A DNA stretch of 64,000 nucleotides from Tubiluchus corallicola. Its lineage: Eukaryota; Animalia; Priapulida. The position numbers and the translations under genes are program-made. The notes under the pieces were generated by a model. The model was not told the DNA's origin. It saw only the letters and a program-made list of their open reading frames with translations, and did not search any database. This document shows, one piece after another, positions 14,194 through 28,265 of this stretch. Position 1 is the first letter of the stretch. Every line of letters starts with the position of its first letter. The stretch lies in assembly GCA_030141605.1 (NCBI GenBank), contig JAQGDQ010000011.1, positions 988,066 through 1,052,065 on the forward strand, in the 5' to 3' direction.

Positions 14194-15809
14194 CTGAATC
14201 CATATTCATAAGACTTTGTCTTCGTTGCAACCTCAGAGGCGTCCGCAATGTCGTTCTTGAACACAGATGCTTGCACCTTTCCTCTCCTGTCATACGACAA
14301 CTTACTGCTTCTGCGACCTTGTCCTGTCACCTCTCCACTTTGGACAGGACCGTGCTTAGTGGTTGTGAAGTACTCTGGGGTGTTGGTGGCCGACTGCTGA
14401 CTGCTCCCATATCCTTGTTGTTGTTGCTGCCCGGGAACAGTCAGCGGCTGTTGGGGCACATTGGGCTGTCGTGCAGCATAGTCCTGAACAACAGACTCCT
14501 GCTGGCCACCGTATCCAGTAGGCTGATTCTGGAGCATTTTTGCCGAGGCGTCTTCTGACAAAATTCTAATTGCTTCCTGTTCGTATTGACTAATGCCGGA
14601 ATGTTTGGTGGCGATATTGGAATTGGAATATCCAGTAGATGCAGGCTGCTGTACTGGCTGAGCACTATAGCTTGCACTTTGTTGTGAGAACTGCTGATTT
14701 GCTGACATACCATCTAAAGATTGATGTTGAGGTGGGTCATCTAGGTAACCCAAGTGCTGCTGCTGGTGTTGTTGGTTATAGCCTTCTTGAAGTTGCTGTT
14801 GTTCTTGATACCCTTGCTGAACAGGTTGTTGCTGTTGATACTCTTGCTGCAAAGGTTGCTGTTCTTGAAACCCTTGTTGAACAGTTTGCTGTTGTTGATA
14901 CCCTTGCTGAACTGGTTGCTGTTCTTGATACCCTTGCTGAACAGTTTGCTGTTGTTGATACCCTTGCTGAACTGGTTGCTGTTCTTGATACCCTTGCTGA
15001 ACAGTTTGCTGTTGTTGGTACCCTTGCTGCGGAGGTTGCTGTTCTTGATACCCTTGCTGAACAGTTTGCTGTTGTTGATACCCTTGCTGAACTGGTTGCT
15101 GTTCTTGATACCCTTGCTGAACAGTTTGCTGTTGTTGATACCCTTGCTGAACTGGTTGCTGTTCTTGATACCCTTGCTGAACAGTTTGCTGTTGTTGATA
15201 CCCTTGCTGAGCTGGTTGCTGTTGTTGATACCCTTGCTGAACATTTTGCTGTTGTTGATACCCTTGCTGAACTGGTTTCTGTTCTTGATGCCCTTGCTGA
15301 ACAGTTTGCTGTTGTTGGTACCCTTGCTGCGGAGGTTGCAGTTCTTCATAACTTTGCTGAACAGTTTGCTGTTGTTGATACTCTTTCTTAGGTTGCTGTT
15401 CTTGATGCCCTTGCTGAATAGACTGCTGTTGTTGATAAGTTTGCTGAACAGATTGTTGCTGTTGATACCCTTGCTGAGGTTGCTGTTGGCTATAACCTTC
15501 ACGAAGAGGTTCTTGCTGCTGAGCTGCATATACGTTTAGTGCGGTTTCTTGCACCTGAGTGTAGTCCTGCTGAGGAAGTTCTTCAAGTTGCTGAGCGTAA
15601 CCTCGGACAACGGTGTTTTCCTGCTTATATCCTTGACTTTGAAAGTTTTCTTGCTGCTGCTGACTATAACCAGGTTGAGCAGAATTTTGAGCATACCCAT
15701 GTTCTTGTTGAGCATTAACAGCAGACTCAGCTTGTGATGAGGCCACTACAACACTTAACGATACAATTATTATTGTTATTATCACTGATATCACAAGTAG
15801 TATCTTCAT
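14194..15809 (-). CDS. Secreted Gln/Gly/Tyr-rich repetitive structural protein, coding exon 1 (signal peptide)
   Basis: ATG at 15809; MK plus a long hydrophobic stretch and VVA-SS (signal peptide); QQGYQQQQTV/QQGYQEQQPV array; donor AG|gtaaga at 14193, phase-compatible with the acceptor at 10958. Confidence 0.85.
14790..15490 (-). repeat. Coding 30-bp array with 60-bp higher-order period
   Basis: Lines 14881-15180 are near-identical at a 60-bp period (alternating TV/PV decapeptides). Confidence 0.9.
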
Positions 15810-18540
15810 TATATTTGTCTATAAATTCTAGACGTTTTTTTAAAACTCAATAGATTGATTGATTCTATCAAGTATTGAAAACAGACCTGAAGTAAGCAGC
15901 TACAGATGATTGCTAACTTCACTTTTCGCTTTTCCACACAAGTTCGCTATTGAAACTCTATCACAGTAGCTTCACACACTTATTTTTAATAGTAATTTCA
16001 ACGAAGCATGCACCGGTCGTTTTGTGAGATTCAGCAAAAATTTCATTCATCAGTTTGTCACTTCTGGAAGAGTGTAAATTGACTGGAACACGTTTAGCTC
16101 CGCACTTGCAAGCAGCAGCACTCTATCGCCTCTTCTGGAGCAAAGCTTTGGCTGGGATGAATTCATCTGTCACATCAACATCGCCTTTATCTCTGCGCTC
16201 AAGTTCATCGGATAAGAATCAGCATCAACCTCACAGTTATCCGAGTCATCTTTCCACCATCGGCGCGCTTTTCTGACAAAACTGCGATTGTTATAAGAAC
16301 GCTGTGAACTATGTCAGTGAAGAAGTTTCGGAAATAAATATTAATGCATGAAGTACTCGGCTCGCTTCAAAGATTGCCACGCTTTCTGGAAACGCACACA
16401 CACACGCATGCGATTACAATCTGCAATAATTTTTCACGCGCCCTCGCCGCACTTTTGGAACATCGTCGAAACAAAATGGAAATTGGGGTAAGGGGACGCG
16501 GATGGACTCGCTAATCTTGTATTGAAGGAAGAGTGGCATCCCGAATAAAAGGAGCAACCATCCATGGACAGAGAGCACACACGCCTGCCGCAATCGCTTG
16601 TGCGTGGTACACAAGCCTTGCGCGGTCTGTTATGTCACATAACTGTTGTGAGGAGGGTTTAAGTAGGAGGCTGTTATGCGCGTTGATTACATGCACTCTG
16701 AGTGCTTACACTCTCAATTTCGACACATATTACGAAAATATTTACTTCAGCTGGTCTCTACAAGTCCTATGCCGTGTGGTGAAGCATTCTTCTGTGTATA
16801 TGTTTGTTATCTTGCTATACTAGTTAATTGGTTAAATAAATATGATTAAAGATTAGGAAAGTGAACATGAAATTTTTGACAACCGGCATCTTTCTGTAGA
16901 CTTTTACGTCTGCAAACTGAGAAACTGTCTTGCAAACTTGCAAGCTTTTAAACATTATGGCGAAATCGCACCATTATTCTGGTCTGGTCTGATCTGAAGC
17001 AAATCCTACAAAACCCCGCAGTCCCTCTACTAATTTCTATTTCAGCTTCAGTTTTATTTCAGACATAAAAGTGCCCATACAGTTAGTTGCACACAGTAAA
17101 TGGTAAAGAATGAGAGTTAGTAGATAAAACCAACTGATTAATTAAAAAATATATGCCCACATGAAGCATAACACATAGGCCTAACACTAACCATTTTATC
17201 GGTATTTCTGTAAAAGTTGCTCTCAAGATCTCTTCTCATTGGCTCCTAAACGTCGACAATTTGTTCATATTCGTCTTGTTAGTTTCCCAGTTGTTTTTCT
17301 TTGCTTACTATTCACACAGTACTTGCTGCTAATTAATTTTAATTTTAATTTTTATTTAAGAACATTTATAAAAAACCGTTTTCATAAAACCAGATGGCAA
17401 CAGGCATGTAGCACTTATGCTGGCTATAAAATATAATGTACAATAATTTTTAATACATTTACAATCACAGATATAAAATTAATCAAATACATGTGGTCTA
17501 AAAATTTCACCATTAAACGAAAAAACTTAAAAAACTTAATCAGACCGAAACTGCAGTACAGCTTATGTAAAACTATTAAAATGGCAGCAGCTTAAAAAGT
17601 TGCAGTTTGCTAGTCTGGTGCTGAAACTGGTGATGTTTGGCGCATTAACCACGGCATGATCAATCCCGTTTCTTCTGTTGGGCGTCTTATCTGTGGAATT
17701 TTTACACGTGTAAGCCTGAAAACTGTTTCCCTGAAAACTGCTATCCCAAATGCTTTAAGAAAAACATCAGCAAATGCTAGCGAATTAGTTATAATAAATT
17801 AATGTCTCTTTACTGGCGTTCACATTTTCGCCTTTTCATTTTAATCAATTATCGCGTCTGACCACTGGTCTTATCGGGGGAATTTATGTAATAAATATCA
17901 TGTCAATGTACTTTGCTAAAAGCCTCGTGATCCCACACTTACAATTACGGTTTAAATTTTCGCAAAAAACACGCCCACGCATTGGCATACAAAATTTCAA
18001 AAATTTAGTCAATTAGTCTGCGACCAAACTGCAACCGTTCATCTGACAGGAGTAGGACCCGCCGTCATGTTTTGACAATAGAGCATGCACATTTAAGTAC
18101 TGAAGCTCACAGACTCAGTGTCAGATTATGAACGCTCTGCGCTTTTAGAATGGATTACAGTAACATTCCAGTAATTGGCGGCTTTTCGTAGTGATTATTT
18201 GCTGAAATGATTTCGATCATTAATATAAAAGCTTCTGTCTTGATGCAAAATGGCAGCCATTGGCAGCGTTGCACTAATCGCACTGGTTGTACGTACAGTT
18301 GAGGAAATTATTGCCGCCAAGAGCAAAAAAGATTTCAGGCAGCTATGACGTTCTACGTCCAAACGAAGAAGCTACTTCCACCAAAAGCAAAAAAGCTAGA
18401 ACCACATTTTATTCAAATTTATTTATTGCAATGTGTGTAGCAGGTCTCAGAATTCTTGCTTTCGATTTTAAATTTTTTTGTCACACAAATAGTAGAACAA
18501 TTTTTGCTTACTGTTTTTTTGGACAGAGTTGTTCCATTGA

Positions 18541-18852
18541 CAGGGGCGTATTTACAAAACGGCTAACTAAACTGTAGCCTAAAGTGCCAATTTTCATATA
18601 CATATAAAGCGCGTAACTTATAACACACCACAAGCAGTTACTGGGTCCGCTTTTTATGAATGCCATGGAGCAAAGAAGTACGGTTATTATAAAAAAGGTA
18701 GTACATCACAAGCAGTTACACAACCTTCCTAGATATAAAGCCTATGTCAATATGTGTAATTACATGTATTATGTAAAAGTGCTACTAATACACCACAGGT
18801 AATTGAACTGACATATCAAGCTAGGTGGTCGTAATGTCTTAATACGCCCCTG
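18541..18852. mobile_element. hAT-like MITE
   Basis: TIR CAGGGGCGTATT / AATACGCCCCTG; degenerate 8-bp TSD TCCATTGA / CCCACTGA. Confidence 0.75.
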
Positions 18853-20033
18853 CCCACTGATTGGTTTATCCTTCGAAAGACAACCAAGCTTCGACGGTAA
18901 TTTTAAATTATTTTAATGCTCTACCTCCCTTAGGTCTATGTAAAGGTAATATTATTAAGGTCAGTAGAGAAAGTGTTACTTGACAAGGAACATTCTTACA
19001 ACTTATTATGACATTGTTATATAAACCAAAATTTGTTGCGTTTCCGAAACAAATATTAATTAATAATAGTTTATTACACATTAACTCATACTAGAAATAA
19101 AAAATAAATAAATAGTTAACAATAATGATCAGCTCTAAGTTAATCGGGTAATCAACATTGCAACAATTAAAGTTAACACTCAGCCAATACTGTAGACAAA
19201 ACTTGCAGAGCAATTCATTAGCATTGCAAAACAGAATGCTGTAGTTTTTAGTAAAATTTCACAAGGTACATTCTTTTCAACAGTGTAATTTATTTGAGTA
19301 GCTCTTTACAATAAATCCAAACGTTAATCTTGGCAATGTATTGATTAACACGAAAATCCATACAATTGTTCATTATTGAATATACAACGAAATTATATGG
19401 TACGTGTGAGGTTCCATAACAGACCTAGTTTATAACCACTAGCATCGGTTATTAAATCTTAGGATTATCTCACAGCCAACAATATGGGTGTATAAAAACT
19501 AGCACAATTATTTAACAACCAAAGTGAATCAGACCACAGCACTTAAGCAAACAACAAAGGATGAATGACAATGTTAATATTAACAAATACAAAAACGAAT
19601 AAAAACTCTTGACACAATATCTGCAAAAAAAGAACTGAATAGAACTGTTTATAAACAGGTTACGCTAGAGAAAATTATGACAAGAACAACTTTCAGTTTT
19701 GCATAAGCGCATGGTTAAAGTCAAGTTGTATCATAATCATTTACTGTTGTGCTCATTAATATTACTATCTGTTGGTCCCTCAAAGACAAGAATTTCAATA
19801 TTTTCAACCATTATTTTTACTAGTTTCATGATTTTAATATTATTAGGGTATAAAAATGGCAAGCGAAGTTCTAATAATAATTAAATGTAAATAAGAATTT
19901 TAATCATAACCTATGTAGGCACTTAAGTCGTCAATAGAATTATAATAACAATGACACAGATTAATCTTAATGACAAGAATAGAGAGAATGATTGAAAAAC
20001 ACCACATTATAAAGCAAGAAGAAAGAAAAAAGG

Positions 20034-20795
20034 GCAGAAAATCAATGTTGCTGTCTGACAGACACATCAGAAACTGATAGTTATAGGCAGCAGAAACGAA
20101 GGATAGAGACGACAGAAGCTGATGCCTAGAGACAACAGAAACTGACGATTAGAGACAACAGCAACTGATGGTTAGAGATAATAGAAAGTGATGGTTAGAG
20201 ACAACAAAAACTGATGACTAGAGACAACAGAAACTGATGCCTAGAGACAACAGAAACTGACGATTAGAGACGACAGAAACTGATGATTAGAGACGACAGA
20301 AGCTGACGATTAGAGACAACAGAAACTGATGGTTAGAGACGACAGAAGCTGATGCCTAGAGACGACTGAAATTGATAACTAGAGACAACAGAAACTGATG
20401 GTTAGAGATCATAGAAACTGATGGTTAGAGACGTCAGAAGCTGATGCCTAGAGACGACTGAAATTGACGATTAGAGACGACAGAAACTGATAGTTAGAGA
20501 TCATAGAAACTGATGGCCAGAGACGACAGAAACTGATGACTAGAGACAACAAAAACTGACAATTAGAGACAACAGAAGCCGATGGTTAGAGACAACAGTA
20601 ACTGATGGTTAGAGATAACAGACACTGATGGTTAGAGACAACAGAAACTGATGATTAGAGACAACAGAGTGATGGTTAGAGACAACAGAAACTGATGATT
20701 AGAGACAACAGAAACTGATGGTTAAAGTCAACAGGAACTAACACTGATTTCTGATGTGCCCGTCTGTGGCATTGCGGTATTGATTTTATACTTGC
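20034..20795. mobile_element. 23-bp minisatellite (TAGAGACAACAGAAACTGATGGT, ~28 units) bounded by imperfect inverted repeats; probable MITE
   Basis: Array at ~20080-20735; left GCAGAAAATCAAT...CACATCAGAAA mirrors right TTTCTGATGTG...ATTGATTTTATACTTGC. Confidence 0.7.
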
Positions 20796-20957
20796 GCTTA
20801 GATCTACATCTCGAAACATTAATGTAGCGGAGACCGCAATAATACAAATAATTTAATTAACGCCACTAATTAATAACAAATTAATAAGGGCATTTAACCA
20901 TATTTCGAATGCAAAGATTGTCAAAAAATATATTTTGTTAACGATTAAATAGTGTTA

Positions 20958-21095
20958 TCAAATAAGTATTCCTAGCACAATATATAATATGATAAATATA
21001 AATATTAGGATGAAGGTGATTATGATTAGTTTCTTGGTTGTTATTGACGTCAGTTCCGCTTCTACGTAATTTCCTGTCTTGTTTTGATTTATAAC
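20958..21095 (-). CDS. CD225/dispanin (IFITM/PRRT-like) membrane protein, terminal exon
   Basis: Acceptor tttttgcag|; VINQNKTGNYVEAELTSITTKKLIIITFILIFIFIILYIVLGILI* matches the dispanin loop (G-D/N-x-x-x-A-x-x-x-S...K) plus a C-terminal TM helix. Confidence 0.75.
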   Translation of the reverse strand, partial: VINQNKTGNYVEAELTSITTKKLIIITFILIFIFIILYIVLGILI

Positions 21096-21635
21096 CTGCA
21101 AAAAGTAAACATTGTAAAAATGATATTTGTTCAAAATGCCAATTATTGAAATCAGTAAATTCATTGAGCATACCTTCGCTTTGCCATCTCTGATTTACTT
21201 TAAATTGGTCATATTATCTAATTGCGTCCACTTTGATTAATGAAGTCACATTTTAGATGGACAATTTCCTGCCTACGTTTAACTCCTGACATACTGCCGA
21301 TAATGTCTTTTAATTTTTGTTGTCCAACAAAAATTGCTAAAATATTTTGGTTTTACACAACGCTCGTCTGCCTCTTTTTGTCGTTCAACATAAGCCGTGC
21401 ATATGTCATAGTCATTCATTTGGCTTTCGAATTTTTTTCTTGCGTCACGAAAAATGGAACGGTTGAAATAACGGCTTCCAATATTTCCAGTGCATGAACC
21501 GCCAAAAACGATTTTACTAGTGCTCTACCATCTATTTAGTAACCAGACCAAGCATTGCTTACATTCGTCACAAAGTCCACGCCGTCCTTCTAGTTATGTT
21601 CTACAGTGATAGTGATCGCCACTTTATATTAAATC

Positions 21636-21638
<3 letters not shown>

Positions 21639-21712
<74 letters not shown>
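21639..21712. repeat. (AG)n microsatellite
   Basis: Directly visible. Confidence 0.95.
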
Positions 21713-21716
<4 letters not shown>

Positions 21717-22257
21717 ACCTTGAGGTTAAAGGGAATACAATGCACTTTAATCGCACAATAATAGACACAGCCAAGCTAAGCATATTCTTTTGTCAAAAAC
21801 ACAGGTTAAGCAAATCATCATAATTTTGTTACGCCGCAGAATTAATAATTATTATTGTATTACTATTGTAATTGAATTTGAAATAAAAATTAATTACCGT
21901 ACATCCTTTGTTATTACCATAAAATACGGAACCAGCAAACTACTGAATTTGGCAGGTGGTAAAACAATAAATTACAGATAGAACAAGTTTCTGGAGCTCA
22001 TTCATAATTTTGTATAATGCAAAGTACGCCGGTCTTGTACTCTGTTAGTTCAAACACTCCTGCAGGGGGCGTCGTGGTCATGGTGTTAAGTTAAGCAGCT
22101 AAAAAATTCTTTAAGCAGGACAATTCGCCTTTACCTGATGTACCAGACCGCTTTTCTAAAGCAATTGTGGAGTAACAAAGTGACAACAGGACGGTTTTCA
22201 GAACTTCAGCTGAGCTAATTTTTGATTATACACATTAGACACATCCTTGTCCCTTAA

Positions 22258-22474
<217 letters not shown>

Positions 22475-22959
22475 ATATTCTTTAATGGCACTAAGAATTT
22501 ACTTAAATTTTGCTGATATAGGTAAGTAAATGCCAAGGTAGGAAAACGATAATTTCCAGTGGATACATTACGTATCGTTAATTATCGTGTCGATATTTAT
22601 TTATTTATTAAAATTATTTATTAAAATTTATTTTCATATTACTTACACCTGAATTAATTGTTTGTGGTGGGCTACACTAAGTAAATTGTAGGTCATTAGG
22701 AAATTACACTTGAACATTAAAATCAAGTAAAAGTCAATTAAAAGTGCAAAATTAACAAACTTAAAAATGTAAAACAAAGTTTGAGTAATGATTTTGAGTT
22801 AAAATGCTAAATGGACTCAGCGACCAACAAAGGAACACCGAAGGAAGCAGAAGGAAGAAAAATAAGTAATAATACCAATAATGACTGCAGATGTTGCTGC
22901 TGCTGCTGTTACTGTTGCTGTTTGCTAATCGTGATTACTGCAACTCTTTCCTTGTCATT

Positions 22960-23126
<167 letters not shown>

Positions 23127-24137
23127 AACAAATACACAATGAGCAAAGTTAATTTAATAGCTGCCATTCCTTTCTCCAGATTAATTTTTGGTTTCAGTTT
23201 TAACATTTTTTCACCTGGTGAGACCCGTTAGGATGAAAGCTCCTGAAACAATTAAATAATCTATATTGATGCTACAAATGGGCATTCAACGTTTTATTCA
23301 TTTAAACGGTCTAAACGTTTGTGAACTACTGACGGCAGTTACAACAACCGATTTTATACATGAACTCAGATAATTTGTGAGCAAATATAGGCCCTGGATA
23401 AGGATCTCTTTACAAATAACAGGAACAGATCTTAGCAAAACAAAACCAGAACACAAACAGTTTATACCCGTGGTAAACTTCCTATGTGTGTTACACCACG
23501 AGCTTGTCAAAAGTTTCCTTGCGTTTGCTACAATTGGTGAAACTTTCTTAAGTTCGTGTAACAGGATTAAAAACATTTTACGTCATTTTTTTCAACTTCA
23601 CACGCTAATTTCATCTACCGAGACAAGCAGAATAAAACATTTTTGCGCTTTAGTAAAAAAACGTTGGTGCAACACGTATTTTTAAAGAGAGTGAGCAAGT
23701 GTTTATAAGTTCCTTTGCAACCTGTCAACTTGTTTATTTAGCTGTTAAAACGAAAAGAACTGCAGAAGCAGTGATGTCTGTCAACATGATTAAAAACTTT
23801 TATCACCTGCTACGTCATTTTTCAGAATTATAAATATGACTTATGTTGTTTGCGTTGTGCTAGTTTTTTATAAGTTATATACAAGCCTAATTATTCTCAG
23901 ACGAGCATTTTTCATGATCTATATATAATTTGTTAACGAAATCATAATTAGTTGATGCAACAACCCGTGTTAAGCAAACAATTTAATAACGTTTAATTCT
24001 CTCTGATTCTAACTTGTTCAGAAAAAGCACGTTTAGCTATGCTTTACTGTCGAGTTTAACATAGTAACACAGATTTTCTCCTATATTGAATCATACGGAC
24101 GTACAGTTATTGACACGTGAACACTTTGATATTGTAC

Positions 24138-24250
24138 GTTGCTGTTGCTGCTGTTGTTGTTGTTGTTGTTGTCGTCGTCGTCGTCGTCATGCTCGTTGTC
24201 GCCGTCGTCGTCGTCATTGTTGTGGCTACTGCTGCTGCTGTTGCTGTTAC
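24138..24250. repeat. Compound (GTT/GTC/GCT)n microsatellite
   Basis: Directly visible. Confidence 0.85.
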
Positions 24251-24420
24251 TTTTTGCGACTCGTGTTTACTGCAACTGTTTTCTTGTCATAACAGCTGAT
24301 TAAAGAACTGCTTATCGTAAAGTTATTGCAAGCTACCTAATTATAAAGCTTATACACCAGACATCCAAGCAGCCAAAATTTAATGAAAAATAGTGATTTA
24401 TGTCAACATAAGTATCTCAC

Positions 24421-24525
24421 CTTACAGGAGTAGTAAAGAGTTATCAATCCTGGACACGGACAGATAATGCAAACAAGTATAGCTACCGGAAGATAACTCG
24501 GCGGAACTTGGCGTTTGTCTAAAAC
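24421..24525 (-). CDS. CD225/dispanin membrane protein, internal exon (5' exon not found)
   Basis: Acceptor ttttcttacag|, donor AAG|gtgaga, 105 nt, phase 0-0; VLDKRQVPPSYLPVAILVCIICPCPGLITLYYSCK fits the CD225 first hydrophobic segment (P..YL..AI....C...G...L.YS.K). Confidence 0.75.
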
Positions 24526-24869
24526 CTGTAAGAAAAAACAGATGCCTATTTACATGCTCCAGTTTACTGGAAATTGTTTGAACGCTTAGAGTGCACATTT
24601 TTGCTCACTGTCAAGGTTCTGTACGTTTTTGTTCATTAACTAATTAGGCCTGGCCATTAGCGAAAATGCAAATACGCACAGAATGAAGATAACAATTGGT
24701 TTATAAAGGAGCACCTAGACCTCAATCCTTTGTTAGAATGTTGATAAAATGGACAATTCAGTGCTAACAAAACCACCTGAAACAATTGCTTCTTCTTTGC
24801 AAAAACAAATTGACCACATTCCACCAATTAGAATCACAAAGTTTTCCAAAAAGGAAGAATCAACAACAC

Positions 24870-25125
24870 GCCTTTTATTACAGTTTAAAACACTGTAAAC
24901 CACTGTACAACATCAAGCAGCAAGGTCTGCTTATTGTGTTAAGTGGTTGTGGCAGGACCAGAACTTATGTCATTCCCATGGTGATGCTCAAAAGTTAGCA
25001 AGTAAAACGAAAACAGTGTCTGAGACATCCTACTTAACCAAGAGAATTAGCCGTCAAGTAGTCAAAACCAGAGCTAGAACCACCAACTGTATTAGTTTTC
25101 CGGCGCTCACCTATCCATTTACTAA
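24870..25125 (-). mobile_element. Possible degenerate tRNA-derived SINE
   Basis: A-box-like TGGTTAGTAAATGG and B-box-like GGTTCTAGCTC on the minus strand, followed by a body and AATAAA; weak. Confidence 0.3.
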
Positions 25126-25223
25126 CCAGACTTCTGTCGCTATATATACGCCGTTCCCTCTCCCTTAGTCTCTTCACCTATGCTATAAAAAGCCTGTCGT
25201 TTATCGCTAAAAGCTAAAAAATG

Positions 25224-25449
25224 TTCGCTTTCGCAAACTCATACAACACGCTCATGGAATGTTTGTGCTGTTAAAAATTATGTTCATTTGTGATGTCATC
25301 CCCGGCTATTACTTAATTATAATATCATATAACTATATTATATAATTATATTTATATAAGACTTTGGCATTATTGTAGGTGTTAAGATGCATACTTTTTA
25401 CCGTACTTCAAAATGGATAGAATATGAAAAATCATCCTGTTTTGCTTTA
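25224..25449. repeat. Interspersed repeat, copy 2 (copy 1 at 2541-2783)
   Basis: See copy 1. Confidence 0.75.
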
Positions 25450-25760
25450 AAGTGTTAGGAATTTTCTTTTTCAGTTTTTTTGTCTTTCAAACAGGTGAGC
25501 ATAATGCTAAGCAATATAACTTTGTATGGAAAGTTTTCCGAGACACACTTTAAAATTCCCCCTTTCCCCTTAACATTTTATATCAAATTAACAAACGACA
25601 GGAAAAAATGCAGTTTTATATAAATTCACTGTCTATTGCAAGCGTACTGAACTGCTCACTGTCGCTGAGTACTGAATTTCCTGCATAATAACTTTGTGTT
25701 TATATTAAATTTATAATTAAAAAAACATTTTGCTTCGAGCCTTTTCCTACGTATATTCCA

Positions 25761-26030
25761 CCCCAGCTTTGCAAATGAATGGCCTATTAAGGTTGTACTG
25801 CATGTAAGTCCCCGATCACTCGAAAGGAATAGCTGAGCGGTCACAATGTGTACTCAGTGACCACTGTTATACAACGCTGACCCAGGTTAGTAAGTGAATG
25901 GCCTATTACTATTAAGGTTGCACTGCGTGTTAGATGCTCGATCACGAAAAAAGAATAGCTGAGTGATGACAATATGCACTCAGTGACCGCAGTTACACAA
26001 CACTGACTCAGTTTCGTAAATGAATGGGTG
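25761..26030. repeat. Diverged ~120-bp tandem repeat (2 units plus the start of a third)
   Basis: Units start at ~25761, ~25881 and ~26007 (C.CAG.TT.G.AA.TGAATGG). Confidence 0.75.
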
Positions 26031-27911
26031 ATTGGTAGAACCACCTCCGGCTGTCTGGTTAAGTGAGGATGCATTAATACCTGAACGTGGCTAAGATAAC
26101 ATTGTCTGTTTAAAATTCCATCTTAGTAGATTGCCTCGATGATAAGACATATTCCGGTCCTACCACAAGTATAATATGAAATGAGTTTAATGTGAAAATT
26201 GCACCAGAAGTGTAATGTGAAAAAAGTGTCGCTTTTTAAAAGATTTTTATGGTGGGGTTTTACCTCTTGAAGCCAGTTTGAATCTTTCTAAGAGTCACAG
26301 AGAGGTGACTTAGTTAAATGACTTAGGCATTTCACCTATCTGGTTTTCTCAGGTGTTCATATCATTCTTGTTACAAGCTTTCTGGAGTGCCGGGTCAGTT
26401 GTCTTCTTATGGCCCTTTCACACTGTGAAATTTGAATTTTTGTACTGACTGAAATGAGACAAAGGGACAAGATGCATGTGTCATTTTTTTATTGTATTTA
26501 AAGTTTCTTATCTTTCATGAAAATATAATTTGTTGCTAGTTTAAATGCGGTTTCGTTTCTAAAGTGTACCGGCGCAATAATAAAGTTGATCTCGTTTCAT
26601 TAGATAATTAATTGGCACAATGAGGTTACCTAAAAGCTCACTGGGATTATAGGATTATTAATTACTTTATTTTACAGTTAAAACGTTATGAGGACAAGAT
26701 GGTTAATAAAATGACGGCAGGTTACAGTCATGAATCAAGTTACATGCCAACATGAACAATGATTCCACTAATAAAGAGGTTGAATTGTAATTAATCTCCC
26801 TGTAGGAATGTTCTGTATAAGAGAATTTATTTCCTATTGAAGGTTAAATGAAAACCCAAACTACAAGCCTACATAATTAAGCACGTGCTACTGCTGAGCG
26901 TTGCATGTAGGTTTGCTATATGTAAACACCAACAAACTGCACCATGTTGACTTACTTGCCAAAAATTCTGTGACCTTCAAATTATGTACTCCAATTTTTC
27001 TAGAATTTCTCTTTTAATTACGTTCATTTAATTAACAGCGGTTTAGAAACCCGTTTACCTCCAGCTGCGGACCACATTTCTCCTGTTAGTTTATTAAATT
27101 CCTTGGAGAAGGGCACACCGGTCATCGTGTGAGCGCACCCTAATCAACTGACTTAAATCTTTAGAAATCGGTACCATATTACTTCCTGGCGGTACTAAAC
27201 GTAAACTCACACTAGTTTTTTTACGTCAATTAAAAGCAATTAAGTAGGTGACATGTACAATTATACAAAGCAAAACACGTGGTGCCATCTCTTGACAAAG
27301 AAAAGAAATAGTTGTTCGAGTCCCTGCCTACCTACCATCACATGAGGTGTTACCGACGCAGGCCTCGGCTGGACCTGTTGGACGGTCGTTTCTGAAAAAA
27401 ATTGAAAAAAATTGAAAAAAAATGATCTTCGCTATTAAGGCGGTTTGGTAATTCTCCAAACAACGCATAACATAACAGACTGCAGCAACTGATAACAAAT
27501 ATAAAATTAGTGCGTTTGTAAGTTATACACTCTTTTTCCGACACAATGCATTGCTAACTGCTAGTGGTTTATACACATAACTTCTTACTTTGTTCTATAC
27601 TAAGTATTAAGATTAGATTTTAATTCAGTATAGGCTTAGATACGTGTCATTGTGCTTGCTTCTGTAAGCTTTTGCTTATTTTAGTAATAATTGTAATAAT
27701 TGTTGTAATTTTATTCGGTGATAATAGTTCCTGTGTGAACTAACGTTTTATGTATCTCAAAATCCACTTTAAATAAAATAGTTATTTAATTACTTACACG
27801 TAGTACTATATTACATCTATTTGCAACACACATGAAAATTGTTGGTAAAATAGACTGAAATTACCAACTAGAAATCTAGCATACACATTAAAAATACTTT
27901 AGCCTGAACAT

Positions 27912-28265
27912 TTACAATTTAAAATCATCACGTAATATCTTTCGCCAGTTTTTAAAAAAACTGTGACCAAGTAACGCGCCAGAGTTTATACAAGCACTAA
28001 TTAGAATGTCGTTATGATTTGCAAGTATACGATTTCTTAAGCTATAACAGCTCTTTCTCATTAAAACTTTAAAGTGTGGAATCTTATTATGCGCACATAT
28101 ACAAGACGCTCTCGTACCTAATTCGAAACATTTTAAAAAAATACCAAGTGCAACTTTATACGCGGGTCTGAGCTTCGGAGTAATTATTATTATACCGTCT
28201 GTAGGATATCCATATGCTGGAATACGATAGATTCCACTGCAATACGATGTGAACAAGATACTTAT
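27912..28265 (-). mobile_element. CR1/L2-group LINE 3' coding relic
   Basis: LFTSYCSGIY...KLRPAYKVALGIFLK...RASC...IPHFKVLMRKSCYSLRNRI..NHND, typical of the post-RT C-terminus of invertebrate L2/CR1-like LINEs. Confidence 0.6.

Noticed and set aside
20080-20735. CRISPR-like array or tandem hammerhead ribozymes (CTGATGA...GAAAC)
   Set aside because: No unique spacers, eukaryotic context, and no stem II pairing between the two motifs.
25761-26030. Retrozyme/hammerhead monomers
   Set aside because: Lacks the CTGANGA...GAAA core in the right order on either strand.
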